Source: Callorhinchus milii (taxonomy: Eukaryota). Taken from it: a stretch of DNA of 64,000 nucleotides. The stretch is taken from positions 5,520,001 through 5,584,000 of the forward strand of contig NW_024704742.1 in assembly GCF_018977255.1 (NCBI RefSeq). The letters are read 5' to 3'. The notes under the pieces were generated by a model. That model did not search any database. It worked only from the letters and a program-made list of their open reading frames with translations, and had not been told where the DNA came from. Made by a program: the position numbers and the translations under genes. Shown here piece after piece: positions 26,035 through 38,596 of this stretch; position 1 is the first letter of the stretch, and each line of letters opens with the position of its first letter.

Positions 26035-26375
26035 AAACTTATATAAATTGTTAGTCAGACTGCAATAAGAATATTGTGTCCAGTATTGGTCATCCCACTT
26101 TAGGAAAGATATCAAGGCCATAGAGGGGGTACAGCGGAGATTTACTAGGATGATACCAAGATGAGTGGTTTGTCCTGTGAGCGGAAGTCTTTAAAATTAT
26201 GAGAGGTTTTGATATAGTCAATAGGGAGACATTATTTCCACTGGTCGGTGGGTCAGTAACTAAAGGGCATCAAGTTAAGGTCACAAATAAGCAAATGGGA
26301 GGCTTGGAGAAATTATTCGCACAGAGTAGTTAGGATATGGATGGTGGTTGAGGCTGAATCCATAGTAACTTTTCT
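26035..26375 (+). mobile_element. CR1 LINE 3' fragment
   Basis: EYCVQYWSSHFRKDIKAIEGVQRRFTRMIP motif. Confidence 0.85.
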
Positions 26376-26754
26376 CTCTGGGTTTTTTTGGAATAGAAAT
26401 TCTGTGTGGATTTGCATCTTATTTAGAAATTGCATGTATTGTCGTCCTCCGGTGGCCTGCTTTAAAAAGGGAAGCTCCATACTGAAAATGTCTCCAAAGC
26501 AGGAAATCATCAAGACGTGGGCAGAAAGGAAACCTTGCTCAATTGTGCACCAGACAGCGCCCTCTCCTGTCTTAACGTCTGCAGTAAGACATCAGTTGGC
26601 CAATTCCATTGACCCTTTCAATATTGTTTGCTCCGATTCTTCCACTCCATTTGCTACATCATTACATGTAAACCATTGGAATAGAAATCACGTCAAAAGG
26701 TTTGTTCCACATAATGAATGGTGCAGCATTGCCGCCTATATATATATCTCACCT

Positions 26755-27155
26755 AGGAAGCCCTCCATGGCCTCGCCCCACGCTACCTCTGCGATCTCCT
26801 AACCCCCTACCGACCCGCCCGCTCCCTCCGCTCAGCCGGCTCCGGCCTGCTTCACGTCCCCCGACCCACCCGCCCCACCATTGGCGGGAGAGCCTTCAGC
26901 CACTCTGCCCCCAACCTCTGGAACTTCATCCCCCAATCATTCCACCTCGCCCCCTCCTTAGCCTCCTTCAAGTCCCGCCTCAAGAACCTCGTCTGCGACC
27001 ATGCCATCGGCCACCCTCCCTCCCCTCCCCTCCCTTCTCCCCCCCCCTGACCCCAGCTCGGGTCCGAAATGCTGTACACTGTCCAGAGCCTTGGGACATC
27101 CTCCCGACGTGAAAGGCGTTATACAAGTGTAATCTTGTTATTGTTGTTGTTGTTA
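26755..27155 (+). mobile_element. L2 LINE 3' fragment
   Basis: Homology to the 11155 copy; (GTT)n tail. Confidence 0.9.
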
Positions 27156-27361
27156 TATATTCATTTAAAAAAATGAAGTGCTCTGGGAACTTACCCCGGG
27201 TAAACACAAGTTGTTCTTGTTGTTAAAAGAAAATGTAAATAGTTCTCCAATCCAATCATCTTGAGGAGCCTTAACTTTCTTCAACTGAGTGTCGACAAAA
27301 CCAAACCCTTCCTGATCGGCTCCACCAGCACCTCCTCACCTCTGGTGACATTTTTTTGATA

Positions 27362-27540
27362 TATAAATTGTTCACTCAATCCACAACTGTTTGCGGGGAC
27401 GTTGCTGTGCGCAGTTGGCTGCCGCGTTTCGCCCACAATATGTACAGTCAATTCACTTTACAGCGTGTCCTGTGAAGCGCTTTGAGACGTCTCGAAGATC
27501 TGATAAGGCGCTGTATCAAATGCAAGGATTATTATTATTT
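27362..27540 (+). mobile_element. tRNA-SINE, 5'-truncated
   Basis: Body plus tail. Confidence 0.85.
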
Positions 27541-28849
27541 TATCCTCATCGGGCTTCCCTCCACCCTCACGTGCAGATCGACTTCACGATCCTCCCTTGT
27601 CCTGACCTTCAAATCCCTTCATGCGGTCCTCCCATCCTAGTAGTGATTTCACCCCCAGTCCCATTCTTCTGCTTGCACCATCCGCTCTCTCAGTTTGGGC
27701 TCTTCCTGCTTGTTCCGTGCCCCCTCCATCCCACAATTGGCGTCTGAGCTCTCAGCCACGATGCCCCCATTCTCTGGAACGTTCTCCCAAAATTATTTTG
27801 CCTCGCCCCTCCTACCGTGTCGCCAAAACCCTCCCATAAACCTTTTCGCTTAACAGGACCACAGTGGACTGTCAAGGAGATTCGTCCGTGACTGCTTTTT
27901 TTCGTGAGTAATCTCTGTGTGTGGTATTGGAGGTTTGAAGCAGAGACGGATTAGAACAGAGAAATAAACACTGAAATCTTATCTTTCAGCCGTTTTTATG
28001 CGAAATTTTACACGATCAATTTTTAAGCTATGGAATTTCTTTTAAATACGACGAGTCTTTAGCAGTAGGGAAGAGAAGAGCCACTCCACAACCCCCTGGA
28101 GTGGATAGTCAGTTTTACAGTTAGCCTGTGAGCATCGGGGGCCGAGAGGAGGACTGGACAAAAAAACGCAATGCCAATTTACGTCTCATATTTTCAAGAC
28201 AGGAGATTTTTTTAACAAAATCTTTTTATTTTTAATTTTCAGGTTTTATTTCCACTGTCTTTCGCTAATTTATCCACAAGCCCACTAACCAGGTGTTTCT
28301 TTTGTTTGGTTTTAGTCAACGATGAGCTCTGTATCCAGCCTTCAGCCACTACGCCCCGAAACTCTGGAACTATCTCCCTCAATCCTTCTGCCTTGCCCCC
28401 TCTCTCCCTCCCCACCTAAGGACCTTCATTTTCGATCGTGCTTATGATTGCCTCCCACCCCTCCCTTTCCCCCTGGCTCGGGGTCATACTCCACCACTGT
28501 GAAGCGCTCTGGGACGCTTTCCAGCGTGAAGGACGTTATTTATAAATGCAAGTTGTTGTTGGTGTTGCTGTATCCAGTGGGCTAGACTCGGAGAGGGCAA
28601 CGCAGGAGGATGAGAGAGGATGAGGATCTGTCATCTCCCGAGTCACTGAGTGAGCGTGGTAGCCGTGCCTTGAGATCTGAGAGTGTTGATGTTCTTATCA
28701 ATATATAACTTCTTATTATATACCGGGATACAGTATGTAGTTTGGAACATGACACGTGCAAGTGTCTGCCAGGATGGTTGAAGGCGAATTGGATGGACTT
28801 TGGTTTTCTTTCGCCTAGCGATTTTTATGTTCTTACGTTCCCAACTTCG

Positions 28850-29600
28850 CTCTTTCCTTTACCTGCATGAACCCCTCCAATCTGGTTTCCGGGCTGCCCA
28901 AAGTACCAAGACTGCCCTGATCAAAGTCGCCAATGGCATTCGCTCCATCTGTGACTAGGGCTCCACGCTTCCTTATCTTTCTTTACTTCTCTGCTGCCTG
29001 ATACACTGTCGACCATTCTATCCTTCTCCACTTTGTCTTTCCTCTCAGCTCCACCTTCATGATCTGTCATTTCCTGGTTGTAATCTTACCTTTCCCAACG
29101 TTTCCACTTCATATCTGCCAACGCTTTTTCCTACCACACCTGCACTGGGTCATGCGCGGCGTTCCTCAGGGCTCTGTCCTTGGTCCTCTCCTTTTCAATA
29201 TCTACGTGCTCACAATGTCAACGTAGGCACGGGGTTAGCATCCACATGTACGTGGACGACAACCAACTCTACCTCTCAGCCTCCACCCTCGACTCCCGTA
29301 CCACTGATGTTCTGGCTGATTGCCTGTTGGACATCGGGTTCTGACTTCTCCAGTTGAATGTCGACAAGGCAGAGGTTCTCCTCTGACAGTACCTTCTGGC
29401 GCTGACAGCATCAGTCTACACGGGTGCACACCCCATGTTGCAGAGCTGGTCAGAACCTTTGTGTTTTGTACTGTTTGATTCTCAACCATCCTTTAAACCC
29501 CAAGGACTTGCCTTAACCCATTCAAATTTCCCCCACGTAGGCAACATTGCCCTGACTCTACCACTACCTCGCCCCTCAGGGCATTTAATCCTCCAGTGTT
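28850..29600 (+). mobile_element. Old L2 RT-region fragment
   Basis: Degenerate GVPQGSVLGPLLF and Y(V)DDNQLY motifs. Confidence 0.75.
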
Positions 29601-29959
29601 CTGTCCTCTCAGGTAACACATTGGCAATTTCTCTGATCTGCAGTCTTGGTGACCACTTGCTTTGAGAGCGGGCATTCCCACTGCACACTTGTGCTAGTCC
29701 AAGCAAATCTACACAGCTTTCAGAAGCCTCTGCAGGTGGCTGTTAAAAGCATATTGATTTCAAAGCATTGATTGATCAGTTGCTGTGCTGTGCCTCACAG
29801 TTAAAAATTTGCTAAAAGCTTGCCAGGTACTGAGAGGATCGATCCAAACTGGGCATGTGTTCTGTAGGTATGTTCAAACTTCAAATAAATAATGTTCTGT
29901 AAGCTAGAAATATCCAGCTGTCACAATTTCACAGACATCCAAACAATTACTCTAACTTA

Positions 29960-30058
29960 AAAATAGAAGTTGTTGGGGACACTCAACAGGTCACGCAGCA
30001 TCTATGGAGAGAGGAAAGGGAGTTCATGCTTCAGGTCGATGATCTTTCGTCAGAGACG
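29960..30058 (-). mobile_element. Penelope-like terminal remnant with degenerate hammerhead core
   Basis: Minus strand CTGACGAAAGATCATCGACCTGAAGCAT...AGATGCTGCGTGACCTG; related remnants at 34198-34280 (+), 25355-25445 (+) and 32170-32210 (-). Confidence 0.5.
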
Positions 30059-30129
30059 AAGGATTATCTACAAATTTCATCAGGTGATAAATGGACAGCA
30101 CAATTACAATACTAATATCGCTGAAAATA

Positions 30130-31702
30130 ATTTTTCTCGTCAACCTCTCCTTATCCACTGGCACCAATCCCATTCCCTTTTAAACAACCGTCATCACCCC
30201 CGTCCTCAAAAACCTTTCCTGAACTCATCTCCAATCTTCCTATCCTTTCCAAGGACTTGGAACGAGTCATTGCTTCCCAGTTTTCGCTCCTTCCTCTCCC
30301 GCCGTTCCCTCCGAGAACCTCTCCAATTGGGCTTCTGCGCTGGCCGTAATGCAGAAAAAGCCTTGGTCAAAGTTACAAAAGACATTTTGTGACCAGGGCT
30401 CCCTCCGTCTCCTCGTCCTCTTTGACCTCTCTGCCAACTTGGACACTATCGACCATTCTATGCTCCTCCCCTGTCTCTCCTCTCAGCTCATTCTTCACGG
30501 TCCTGTTCTTGCCTAGTTCAAATCTTACTTTTCCCAGCATCTCCATTTTGTCTCCGCAAATGGCTTCTCCTCCAGCTCCCGCACCGTCTCTTGCAGTGTT
30601 CCTCAGGGTCTATCCCTGGTCCCCCTCCTCTTCAACATACGCAAGCTCCCTGTTGGCGATATCATCCTGGATGAGAGCAAACTTTCTCCAGTTGAATGTC
30701 AACAAGACTGATGCCCTCCTGATTGGCTCCCATTAGTGTCTCCACACCTCAGGCACTGGCAGCATCACCATCCATGGATGCACACTCCACCTCACTGAGC
30801 CAGTTCGGTTCTTTCTCTGTTCTTTCTACCCCACATCCGTGCCTTCCACTATATCCCCAATATCGTCTGGCTCAGCTACTGCTTCTCCCCTCAGGCAGCT
30901 GAGACCCTCATCCATGCATTATAATAATATTAATTCTTGCATTTGATATCACGTCTTCGAGACGTCTCAAAGCGCTTCACAGAATATTAATATAAAATTA
31001 ATTGACTGTGTATTTTGTGGGTGAAATGCGCAGCCAATTAAGCACTGCAGCGTCCCCACAAACAGTCAGTGACCAAATTATTATCATTATTTATTTTTGA
31101 AGGGATTATTATTATGCATTCATCATGTCCAGGCTGGATTATGCTAACTCCTTGCTTGTCGGCTTTCCCAAATCTTTCCTCCACAAGCTGCAGATCATCG
31201 AGAACTCTACAGCTCGTGTCCTTTCCCTCACCAAGCTCTGTGACCCTATCACCCCCATTCTCGCCCGAATCCACTGGCTCCCCATCCCACAAAGGATAGT
31301 GTTCAAAATCCTCATCCTCTCCTTCAAAGCCCTCCACGGCCTTGCTCCTTCCTATCTCTGTGATCTGCTGACCCCATATCAACCTGTCCGCTCCCTCCGC
31401 TCAGCAGGCTCCTGCCCGCTCCGCCCCACAATTGGCGGTTGGGCCTTCAGCTTCTCTGCCCCCACCCGTTGGAACTCCATCCCACAGTCCCTTCACCTCG
31501 CCACCTCCCTTGCTTCCTTCATGGCACGTCTCAAAGACCCTCCTCTTCGCCTGCGCTTTCTCTCACCCTCCTACCCCTCCCCTCCCTCCCCTCCAACCCT
31601 CCTGATCCCACCCACTTGCTCGGGCCCAAATGCTCGACTGTCCAGCGCCTTAGAATGTCCTCCCAATGCGAAAGGCGCTATTCAAATCTAATTTGTTGTT
31701 GT
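30130..31702 (+). mobile_element. L2 LINE fragment (RT region to 3' end), interrupted by a SINE
   Basis: KALVKVTKDIL, WMRANFLQLNVNKT, SRLDYANSLLVG...HWLPIPQRI; tail near 31700. Confidence 0.88.
30921..31113 (-). mobile_element. tRNA-SINE inserted into an L2, flanked by ATGCATT duplication
   Basis: ATGCATT at 30914-30920 and 31114-31120; the L2 sequence resumes after the insertion. Confidence 0.85.
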
Positions 31703-32410
31703 TTCTCAATTTTGTTCGCAAGTAAGATTTATCTCCAAGTAAAACACATTGCAGTTGTGTTGCTGATATGAGTCTTTTGTCATTTGGATTTGAATTCGGA
31801 TGTTGGGTTCCTGTAATTCTTAAAATACCTGCAGAAAACCGACGTTCAAGCCAAGAATTTTCCAAACTTACATTGTTTTATATTATTTATATTTTACAAC
31901 AAAGGCTATAACCCTGCGAAGCTTTGCAAGCATTAAAAAAAAATGTGACTTGCATCCATCAAGACTCTATTTGGGTGACTTGATTGATGAGCTATTGTGA
32001 AATGTAATGTAAGATAGGAAATCTGTTTTCAAGAGGAAGAGAACATTAATTATTTACCCATTGATGGATCCCAAATCTTTTATTTTACCCCGAAATGATC
32101 TGAATTAAAAACACTCATTCATTTCAAGGTGCCCTGGTACATAATGCATTGCTCAGTGGAGTAAAAGCCAGTCAATGCTGGAAACATATGCAATCGATCA
32201 GCATCTTAAATAGAAAAATTGGTTTCCCTTTCGCCTTATCTCTGTCTTCAGTGTGTCAGGTGTGCTCTGCTGACGTCACTGAAAGATCTCCCTGGAGCTG
32301 ATCAGCTTCCTGACAGCATTCTCAGAGCGTTTAAATATCACCACCTGCTGTTATTTTGTGCTCATTTGTTTAGTGTGACTGATCCTGTGGTTTCGTGAAT
32401 GAAGAGAAAT

Positions 32411-32740
32411 ATTATAATAATAAACCTTGCATTTGATACAGCGCCTTATCACGTCATTGAGACATCTCAAAGCGCTTCACAGAATATACTGTGAAGTGAA
32501 TTGATTGTATATTTTGTGGGGAAGCTTGGCAGCCAATTGCGCACAGCAGCGTCCCACAGACAGTCGTGGATTGAAGTGACCAAGTTACTATTATTTTTAT
32601 TTTATTTATTATTTTATGACTGCTAGGTGAACAGAGGCGTGCGGAGTAAAGAAATTTGCTCAACGTTTTACCCTGCCCGGGAATTGAACCCAGACCCTCT
32701 CGCGTGCGAGGCCAGTGCTCTAACCATTAAGCGACAGGAT
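32411..32740 (-). mobile_element. tRNA-SINE family A
   Basis: Reverse-complement homology including the head. Confidence 0.85.
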
Positions 32741-33451
32741 ATTTTATTTGAATATTGAAGTAGCCACCTGCTGTAAAGTGGTCTAAATTTAAACCTGCTG
32801 AACTATAAGAATCTGCACATTTTTGCAGCACTTTGCCACATTGCGTTACAGTAATTACTGTTGAGTACAGGAATTGCACTTGGAAATAAACCCGACGTCC
32901 ATCTTGTGAACAGCAAGACCCGCGTACAGCCGTGAAGTGAACCACCAATTAGGCTGGAGAATTTTTGGCTGGGCTGAAGGGAGAAACTCTCTTCCCTTTT
33001 TGAATAGTGCCATGGAATCTTTATCATCCACCTGAACAGGACCTCGGTTTATCATCTAACCCAAAGGATGGCACCTCCAACACTCCAGCAATCCTCCAGC
33101 ACTGTACGGGTGCGATAGCCTGGACTGCGAGGTCATGTCCTAACTTGAAGCTTGAACCCAGAACCTCCTTACCCGGAAGCGAGAGTGCTAACAAATGAGT
33201 CGAGCTGAAACTAAATGGAATTAAAGAACTATTCCGTACTTATCCTAATATTTTCAGATATCCAGATTGATGTTCGATGACTTCATAAAATGATGAATTA
33301 TTGCTTCTCTACAAGGAGAAAACTCTTTGAATTTGTAGTTTCGCTTCAGGGATCTGATTGTGAAGGGCAGCTTCAGGACATTGATCTTCTATATGTGTTT
33401 CTTTACACACAGGATCAACAGCTGAAACAGGAGAGGCTATTGGGTCAATTC

Positions 33452-33826
33452 AATAATAATAATAATCCTTGCATTTGATATAGTGCCTTATCATGTCATT
33501 GAGATGTCTCAAAGCGCTTTGCAGAATATACTGTAAAGTGAATTGACTGTATGTTTTGTGGGGAAACTTGGCAGTCAGTTGCGCACAGTATTGCATCCCA
33601 CAAACAATTGTGGATTGGGTGACCAAATTATTATTTTTATTGCCAGGATTATTACCCTTGGAAAGCAATCCGCCAATCAGCTAACAACAGAGTTCCTACT
33701 TCCTGCCAGGTACACAGAGGTCTGTGGAACAAGAAAACTTACCTAAAGTTTCGCTCTCCCGGGAATCGAACCCGGGTCCTCTCGCTTGCGAGGCGAGTGC
33801 TCTAACCATTACGCCACAGGACTCCA
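33452..33826 (-). mobile_element. Full-length tRNA-SINE family A
   Basis: Head to (ATT)n tail; shows CpG decay. Confidence 0.9.
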
Positions 33827-34652
33827 TTTAAGATGCAATGGGAAGATATTGGGTTGATATTCTGGAAGCATGAGATCAAACAACCTGAAAGACCTTCCGA
33901 GCTTATAACCTTGTAAGGAAGCAGATTTATCTCAGTATCAATAGGGTAAGTCAAAGGGGTTCTGTTGAAGTGTCAACGTTAATAAAACCAGCAGTCCTGC
34001 TTTTTTTAAATTAAAATCCTTGTGGAGTTCATATACAGGCTTGTCCACAGCATCCTCCTGCCCTTTCCCTCCTTCTCCTTCCTTTCCAGTTAGTAATTAG
34101 TTGTTACCTGGTGTGTCAGCTGCTGCTGGAGACGTGATTGAAATCAGAAATGAAATCCTGTTCATCCAACTAAACAACAACATAACACAAACCCTAAGAT
34201 TGACCTGAAACGTTAACTCACTCTCCTCTCTCCATAGATGCTGCCTGACCTGCTGAGTGATCCCAGCGACTTCTGTTTTGCTATTATTATTGTTATACAC
34301 CAATAAAATGACAATGTCTGTCTGCACTTCGATAAGGATCTCAATAACTAGCTGACGTAGAGGCATGATTTACACCTCATCAGAAGGGTTTTGCTACTGG
34401 GAGTGACGTGGGCATATTTGTTTTCGGGTAGCTCCTATCGTTCATGCGCTATGACCTAAAATGTATTCCAGTTTTGCATTTTTTGCTGCAGTTACACCTG
34501 GTGGTCGCTGAGTCAAAGTGGCGCTGAGCCATCGTGCATCGTGATACTGTACTGGTTCAGAGTCTGAGGGAGAATCCAGGGAGGTTGAGGAGTTTAGATC
34601 CACAGGAGTGAAGACATTGATGGGAGCCAAAGATCATGGCTTCCGCCTTGTC

Positions 34653-34907
34653 TACATCACTCCCACCCTCGCTCGCCTCCACTGGCTCCCCATCCCCCAG
34701 AGGATTGATTTCAAGATCCTTATCCTCACCTACAAGGCCATTCACGGCCTCGCTCCCTCCTACCTCTCTGACCTACTATCTCCCTACCTACCTGCCCGTA
34801 CCCTCCGTTCCTCTGGCTCCGGTCTGCTCCACGTCCCCCGCCCCAACCGCCCTACCATCGGTGGCCGGGCCTTCAGCCTCTCAGCCCCGAGGCTCTGGGA
34901 CTCTATC
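34653..34907 (+). mobile_element. L2 internal fragment, near-identical to part of the 23121 copy
   Basis: ITPTLARLHWLPIPQRIDFKILILTYKAIHGLAPSY. Confidence 0.9.
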
Positions 34908-35122
34908 TAAAATAGATGAAGGTGGAATGCCTGTCTGTGTGTCAATCTACAGTCCATATTGGATCCTTTGATTGCAAGCGAAGCTGCAACAGGTACAGCT
35001 AGTGTTATATTAAAGAGTAAACACCTGCACCCAAATTTGGTCAAAACTCTGAAATGGTAGTGGCTTGATTGCTAATAATAATAATAATAAAATGCTTGCA
35101 TTTGATATAGCGCCTTATCACT

Positions 35123-35449
35123 TGTGGAGTCCTGTAGCTCAGTGGTTAGAGCACTCGCTTTGCAAGTGAGAGACCTGAGTTCAATTCCAGGCAGAGGGCG
35201 AAACCTTGGGCAAGTTTCCTTACTCCACACAGAGCCTAATAATAATCCCTCCAAAACCAAAAACAATAATAAATTGGTCATTTTCAATCTACGACTGTTT
35301 GTGGGACATTGCTGTGCGCAATTGGCTGCCGCGTTCGCCCACAAATATACAGTCAATTCACTTTACAGTGTGTTCTGTGAAGCGCTTCGGGACGTCCTCC
35401 CGACGTGAAAAGCGCTGTATCAAATGCAAGGATTATTATTATTATTATT
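35123..35449 (+). mobile_element. Full-length young tRNA-SINE subfamily B, nested in an older minus-strand SINE (35073-35513)
   Basis: Near identity to 47035-47350. Confidence 0.92.
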
Positions 35450-35704
35450 AACACATGTTTGAAACATTCACGGAATATACTGTAAAATACATTCACTGTA
35501 TATTTTGTGGGCAAAATATTCCACAATAATATTTTCTATAATAGTGGTTTTATACAATTTTTACCCTTTTATAGAATTTTCTCATCTCCTTAAAGTGTTG
35601 TGGATGTACTACTTTGAACTGTTAGTCTCAGAAGGATGTAGAGGCAGAATCAACAGGGATGTTTAAAAGTCAGATGCTTGGGTAGTAGAGGTATTCACAG
35701 GTTT

Positions 35705-35850
35705 GTATATTTAAAACTAAATTAAATTTTATATTTAAATTATATAAATTTCCATAATTTAAATATAACATTTAATTTTAAATGAAATTATACTGAACTC
35801 AATATTTATATAATTTACATTAAATATAAAATAAATTAACATTTGAATTT
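35705..35850. repeat. AT-rich low-complexity tract
   Basis: Almost exclusively A/T. Confidence 0.8.
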
Positions 35851-36216
35851 AACCGTCGCCCAACGGTTAGAGCACTTACCCCGGAAGCGAAAGGATCAGG
35901 GTTCGATTCCCAGCAGGTCGAAACAAAATGTTGGGCGTGTTTCTTTACTCCACACGCCTCTGTTTACTTGGCAGTAACTAGGAACCCAGTTGTTAGTCGA
36001 TTGGTGGATCGCTTTGTCGAGGGTAATAATCCCTTCAAAAAAAAATTGATCACTCAAACTACAACTGTTTGTGGGACGCTGCTGTGCGCAATTGGCTGCT
36101 GCGTTTCACCCACAATGTATACCGTCAATTCACTTTACAGTATATTCTGCGAAGCGACTTTGAAACGTCTCAAAGACGTGATAAGGCTTTATATCAAATG
36201 CAAAGATTATTATTAT
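35850..36216 (+). mobile_element. tRNA-SINE family A
   Basis: Homology to the 10052 copy. Confidence 0.85.
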
Positions 36217-38197
36217 TCACCTCTAACAATGGCAATGACTCAGAGACTCAAATGTTGTGCCAAATGTCTGACACCGGACTAGTATGGAAATTAAAACAAT
36301 TGTTTAGACTGCAATAACAAATGTTGAATTTAGCGTTGCAGTTTACTCAATAACCTATTCAAATAAAACTGGTTTGGGACTAGTCTGAGGTTGCTGGAGT
36401 GTAGGATCTCCTTTGTTTACAGATTGCAAAGCAGATTTCATTTAACAGTGGCAAAAGAATGATCAGGCTTTTTTTTCTCTCTGCCTTGTTCCTCGGGTGA
36501 TGTTCTGGATCAGCCACAAATACCAAAGTGCCCGTTGGGAAGCCGGATAGTTCAGCCCATCCTTGTCAGTCTTCAGTGGTATCAATCCCACACATGCCGC
36601 CCACGCAATCCAGCAGGAGTCACTGAATACTGATCAAGAGCGACTGAGACCGTTACAGAGCGGAAACAGGCCATCCACCACAACGAGTCCATGACCAGCG
36701 TTTGCGCTTCACACGAGCCTCTACCACTCCTAATCCCCTCCCATTACCTCTCTTGAGAACTGCTTCAAATGGACCTGGTTCTCAGGAACCTGTTGTGGCG
36801 TGGAACTGACCTCGTTTGCTTTGTGGACAAAGGAATTCTAGGCAGCGACGGCAATTGGAAAAAAATTGTGTAGGCAGATTCAAATGGGCACAATTGTTCC
36901 AAAGTTGTAGTGTCTATGTGGATGTTCCTCTTCGTCCCCACCAAGTAGTGCGCCGGCATGGTACAAGAGCGATGAGCCAAACCCTCTCTTACTGTGCTGA
37001 AATTTCCAACTTTTATACGTAGACCCCTGAAGCTTAAAATGCAAATGTAACCTCTAACTTGCTCTTCTTTTCTGCTGTGACAAGCTGTGCAGTGTTGTCA
37101 AAGCAATGATGTACTTGTAACCTGCTGGAAATGGAAGATAACACTGTTTGCAATGCTTTTCCTTCCTTTGATTTATTTGAATTAATATTGAATGGACAGG
37201 TTGACTCTTGCACTGATGCACAAACAGCTCCATCCTCCGTGCAGGATTTCTCTGAGGTACAGTATTCCAGTCTCTGCAGCCAAACACAGATACTGAAGGC
37301 AAATCCCAAGTGCCTCCGTGGCTATTTTGCCACTTACCCCTCGACTGGTATGCGTATATCTTACATATTAAGAGTCTTAAAATAAAATAATAATTTCCGT
37401 TCGCGCTTTGGGACTTTACCCTGCGCGAGGGGCGCTATGTAAATGCAAGTTGTTGCTGTCTTATTTGCAGTATTTCTCAACGAGATTCCTCAAGAGGAAA
37501 CGGAGACTCCTTCTGCTAAGTGTACAGACTCGCGCAGACTCGTGGGAACGCTACTCTGACGTGATATGCTGTAGTTGTGGAGCAGAGTTCTCGAGCGTCA
37601 ACTGGAATTCTAATGGGATTCCTTGCTAAGGAGTCCCATTCAGATATGCCACAAATTGCACATGGTTATGTTTTTGGAACCTGATTTGGTCACAGTGAAA
37701 ATTTTAAATGTTGCTTCCGATGTAATAAAAAAATGAGAATATCTTTTATTTGATGACGCCTACAACGAGCCACGGGTTGTCATCTTTTCTGCTTATGTTT
37801 TATTTGTCCTCAGTGAGCAGCCAAATTTTGACAAAACCAACAACCAGCAATTTCCCTGAGGTATGCAATAATCTCACTTTCTGGATCATTCTGGGACATA
37901 CGTCTTATGTGCTGCATCTTCATTTTAAACTTTTATGTGTGTTGATTCTTCCGCACGTTAATTGGCAAAAAAAAGTTTGATGCGCTGCAAAATTAAATGT
38001 TAATAAAATTGTTAGTGCATCTGTCAAAACATGAGAATCATCAAAGGATTTTTTTCATCTTTTTCTGAAAATCTAGTGATTAAAGGCGTTGGATCCGAAG
38101 GTAACACAAAGCCATACAGATCAGAGAGACTGCAGATTTAATCCAGTTGAAGTATCTGTGTTGAATTAGCTAATTTAGATCAGGAAAGCAACTGTTT

Positions 38198-38596
38198 TAG
38201 GCAAATTTCCTTATTCCATACGCCTCTGTTTACCTAGCGGCAAATAGGAACCCAGTTGTTAGTAGATTGGCCGATCGCTTTACCGGGGGTAATAATCCCT
38301 TCAGAAAAATATAAATTAAATATAATAATGATTTGGTCACTAAATCTACGCTTGTTTGTGGGACACTGTTGTGCGCAATTGGCTGCCGTGTTTCGCCCAC
38401 AAAGCATACAGTCAATTCACATTACAGTATATTCTGTGGGGCGCTTTGAGACGTCTCAAAAACGTGATTCTCAATGAGAGTCGATGGCTTGCCGCTCTTC
38501 TGGTTACATTGCACACGCTATACTTTCTCTTCATTTGACGACAGTGATAAGGCGCTATATCAAATGCAAGGATTATTATTATTATTATTATTATTA
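38198..38596 (+). mobile_element. tRNA-SINE family A with interrupted tail
   Basis: Homology to the 10052 copy; extra ~70 bp within the 3' stem-loop region. Confidence 0.8.

Noticed and set aside
35123..35195. tRNA-Ala/Val-like gene (also at 10052, 47035 and 62768)
   Set aside because: SINE heads that continue directly into the SINE body and lack a proper acceptor stem and terminator
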